Of a DNA stretch of 64,000 nucleotides, positions 61,062 through 64,000 are shown in pieces (position 1 is the first letter of the stretch; every line of letters starts with the position of its first letter). Source of the DNA: Styela clava (taxonomy: Eukaryota); assembly GCF_964204865.1 (NCBI RefSeq), contig NC_135260.1, positions 7,626,001 through 7,690,000 on the forward strand. The letters run 5' to 3'. The position numbers were made by a program, and so were the translations under genes. The notes under the pieces are model-generated. The model was given only the letters and a program-made list of their open reading frames with translations. It had not been told where the DNA came from and ran no database searches.

Positions 61062-64000
61062 TTACAAAATACCAAATTTTTTGCAATTTATCGCTACTCG
61101 GAGTCGTTCTTCTAAAACCTCTTTGCTGGAATATGAAGTCAAAAGAAGATTCAGAAAACATGTTTGAAAACTGCTGGTAGGATATCATCATTTGAATTTC
61201 CTTCGCCATCAAATACTTCATATATTTTCAGTGTATCATGCAAACCCAGAAGTGGGACTCTATCAGTTCCAGTAAGAAAGATTAGAAGCTTTACTTTATC
61301 TTCTTCTGTCATATGGTGAACTATTTCCCAGAACCATTCACACACTTGTTTGAAAGTGTCGGAAACTGCGTTAACAACAGCATGCTTCTGAAGTTTTTTC
61401 CAATCTAAATTCGGTTTATATGCTAATACCTCCATTAGTTCTTCTGGCCGAAAAAGTTCCATAATTGGACTGGTACATACCCTTTCAAATCCTTTTTTGA
61501 AGCTATCAAATTGTTTTTTGACAGATTTATTAAGTACGTAGTCAACTTGTAGCTTGACATATTCATTTCTGTTTGACTTGGTAACAGCCAAATGTTGACC
61601 ACCTTTTTTCAAAGGTTCGCCACTGGTCGAAACAAAATAAAAATCGTATTTAGCTTGCACGGTCTCTTCACCATTTTCTTCAAAATCAATCAACTCCTGC
61701 AAACATCTGCCAAATGATGGAAATATTTGCCTGAAATCATCAAGATTGGTTTCAATTCCTTGTAGTTTTTTATACAACGCAAGAGGGAAGTTCATACTTA
61801 TTATTGCATCATTATATAGAGCGAACCCACACAGCATGCCGATGAAATAATACTTTCTTGTTGCATCATTGTTGTCAGAGAACCAAAGCACATGCGTAAC
61901 CTCATCTTCAGTAAATAGTTCACAGCTGTGTTGGGATATTTCTTGAAACACAAGCCTGAAAAATTCCTTTGGCAACCCTTTATACACTAGTCCTTCTTCC
62001 CCCTTAAAAACGATGGATAGTGGCCAGGCTGGTTGTGATATAGTATCCATTTGTTCAATAGCATCTTCAAAAACATTTTCCGTGTTCACTGTCAACTGAT
62101 TAAAGAGTGGCTCAAAGTAAAAAAGTGGCTGTGCATAAGATAGTTCGGAATATAGCAACCCTCTTTTTGCTTCACCACTGAACATAAATGGACATGAAAA
62201 TATTAATGGATTTTTTTTTAGTTTCTTCTGGCTCATTTGGTCATTCAAAATATCCTGACTGAATTTGACAGGAAGGTAAAACTCATCATACGGAATGATG
62301 TGCTGCTCACTATTTAATTGATGTAATTTCTTTACTAAATTCAGTTCATTTTGAGCAGCATCGCACAGGACCTCGAATTTTTTTATCAATCCGTCTGCAT
62401 CAATATGTCTGTAGCACAACTTAACGAGTGTTGAAAACGCTGATGAAGATGTCTTATACCAACTAGAAAGTTCCCTCCAACATTTTGCTTTCATCGTAAC
62501 CAGTTTTCTAATGAAGAGGAAGAGGCATTTAGCTCTGCTGACAACACATTTAATAGGTGCAATCAAAAACGGCATCAGAAAGAAAAATTTAAGTGACTCT
62601 GTATCTGGATCTTCTTTAGAACGACGAGATAAAACATTGTCACAAAAAACTTTAGCAATGAGTTTTTCAATCGCTTCATTTTTGCTTTTAAAGATTAGAG
62701 ACAAAAGCGTTTTAACTTTATCAAAATCAAGACTGCGACTGACAAATTCATTCATCAAAACCTCCAAGTGAAACGAACCTGTGAAACATTTTTGTGATGA
62801 TATAATTGAAATGAGTTTTTCCTCGACATCAGCTGGTATTTTACTATTTCTTGGCAGTTTTGATATAATTGTGCAAAAATTTTCATCCAAGGTCAAAATA
62901 TGTTGATCTGAATCAAGTATCCTGAAGTCTTGTTGCTGTAAAATGTCAGCGTCAAATGATTTCAAAACAACTGTCTGACTACCACAAGCAAATACTTGTT
63001 TTACTTTCTTGTTGCCATTCTCATCACTACTTTGTGGTATATTAACCATTATGGGATCTGAAATTTTGTCTTTTTTGATTCCAATACCGAGTTGTCCATC
63101 TGAACAACTTCCAAACGCAAATATCTGTTTACAATCAGGGCTGAAAGCAATGGTGTGATTTTGCCCACAAGCGATTTGTGTTACAACACTTTCACTGAAT
63201 TCCTCGACTTGCTTTGGTTTTGATTCATTGTTACATGGAACACCATGTCCCAACTGGCCGAATGTTCCAAGACCGAAAGAAAACATTTGTCCTTCCCTTG
63301 TTAATAAAGCACTGTGATAGTCACCAGCTGAAACATAAGCAATGGGAAGTTTTGTTGACATTTTTATAATCAATGGAGAAGAATGATCCATGAAATCCCC
63401 AACACCTAACTGACCAAAATTATTTCTCCCCCATGAATACAAGATTCCTGTTAGTGATAAACAAAATGAATGCCAACCGCCTGCTGCAATCCTCAAGATT
63501 GGAACATTCTCCAAAGTGGTGATACGTTCTGGTCCTTTGACAGGACATTTGTTTTTAAGTCCAAGCTGTCCATATTCATTATCTCCCATTGAAAACAAAT
63601 CCCCATTTTTCAAGAGTATTAAAGTATGTGTATTTCCACAAGCAACCTGCACCACTTTCTTCTTGTCAGTGAATGGAACACTCATTGGTAGAGACACAAA
63701 ATCATCCGCATCTGTTAGACCTAGCTGTTCGTGATCATTACAACCCCATGCATAAGCCTTTCCATTTTCATCAATCACAAACACTTGGCCATGTACTCCA
63801 GCATAGATATTCATGATTTTAATATCTTTTAGAACATTCCGTAATTCGCAATCTGCAAGCATATCTTTTTCAGCTAAGTAAGCCCTAATTGTTCCATTTT
63901 GGTAGAGAATGTAAGCATTGTCACCTGTGAGAGCAACATTCTTGATACCATCACCTGCTATTGGAAGTTTTGCCAATGACATTACATCTTGTTCCAGACC
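61062..64000 (-). CDS. Second, divergent intronless small HERC; 5' end probably outside window; frameshift at ~61167-61170 before the catalytic Cys (in-frame stop at 61151)
   Basis: RCC1 blades and HECT motifs (FKGEEG, KEFF, FPLALYKKL, FLTGTDRVP). Frame is open to the window edge. The missing HECT tail QTCFLNLLLTSYSSKEVLEERLRVAINCKKFGIL* is in another frame ending at 61062. Confidence 0.85.

Noticed and set aside
61160-61175. Programmed -1 ribosomal frameshift restoring the HERC tail
   Set aside because: No X XXY YYZ heptamer or evident downstream structure; an indel or assembly error is simpler.

Overview
AT-rich eukaryotic (animal) genomic DNA with GT-AG introns and dense transposon content. 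It resembles an invertebrate deuterostome such as an ascidian, but that is inference only. Host genes read from the sequence: intronless prefoldin subunit 5 (+), then a co-oriented + strand block at 16.9-52.9 kb. The block holds a divergent peroxisomal D-amino-acid/D-aspartate-oxidase-like gene (5 exons, ends SKL), an intronless SAM methyltransferase, two 9-exon FMN-dependent 2-hydroxy-acid oxidase paralogs (ending SKL and SKF) that share an unusual active-site substitution, an orphan protein with a predicted tail anchor, and a GT31 beta-1,3-glycosyltransferase. Two tandem intronless small-HERC (RCC1+HECT) genes lie on the - strand; the second is frameshifted just before its catalytic Cys. Mobile DNA: a decayed CR1/L2-group LINE, an apparently intact pogo/Fot1-like transposon with a PHD finger nested three deep in hAT elements inside the oxidase intron, many hAT and Tc1-mariner MITEs, and a multi-copy Helentron-like (HINE/DINE-type) family including a compound element with 328-bp tandem repeats. 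Best candidate for an undescribed system: a possible animal metabolic gene cluster of re-specified peroxisomal flavo-oxidases plus a methyltransferase. No rRNA, tRNA or CRISPR array was seen. Exon coordinates were derived by hand and may be off by a few bases.
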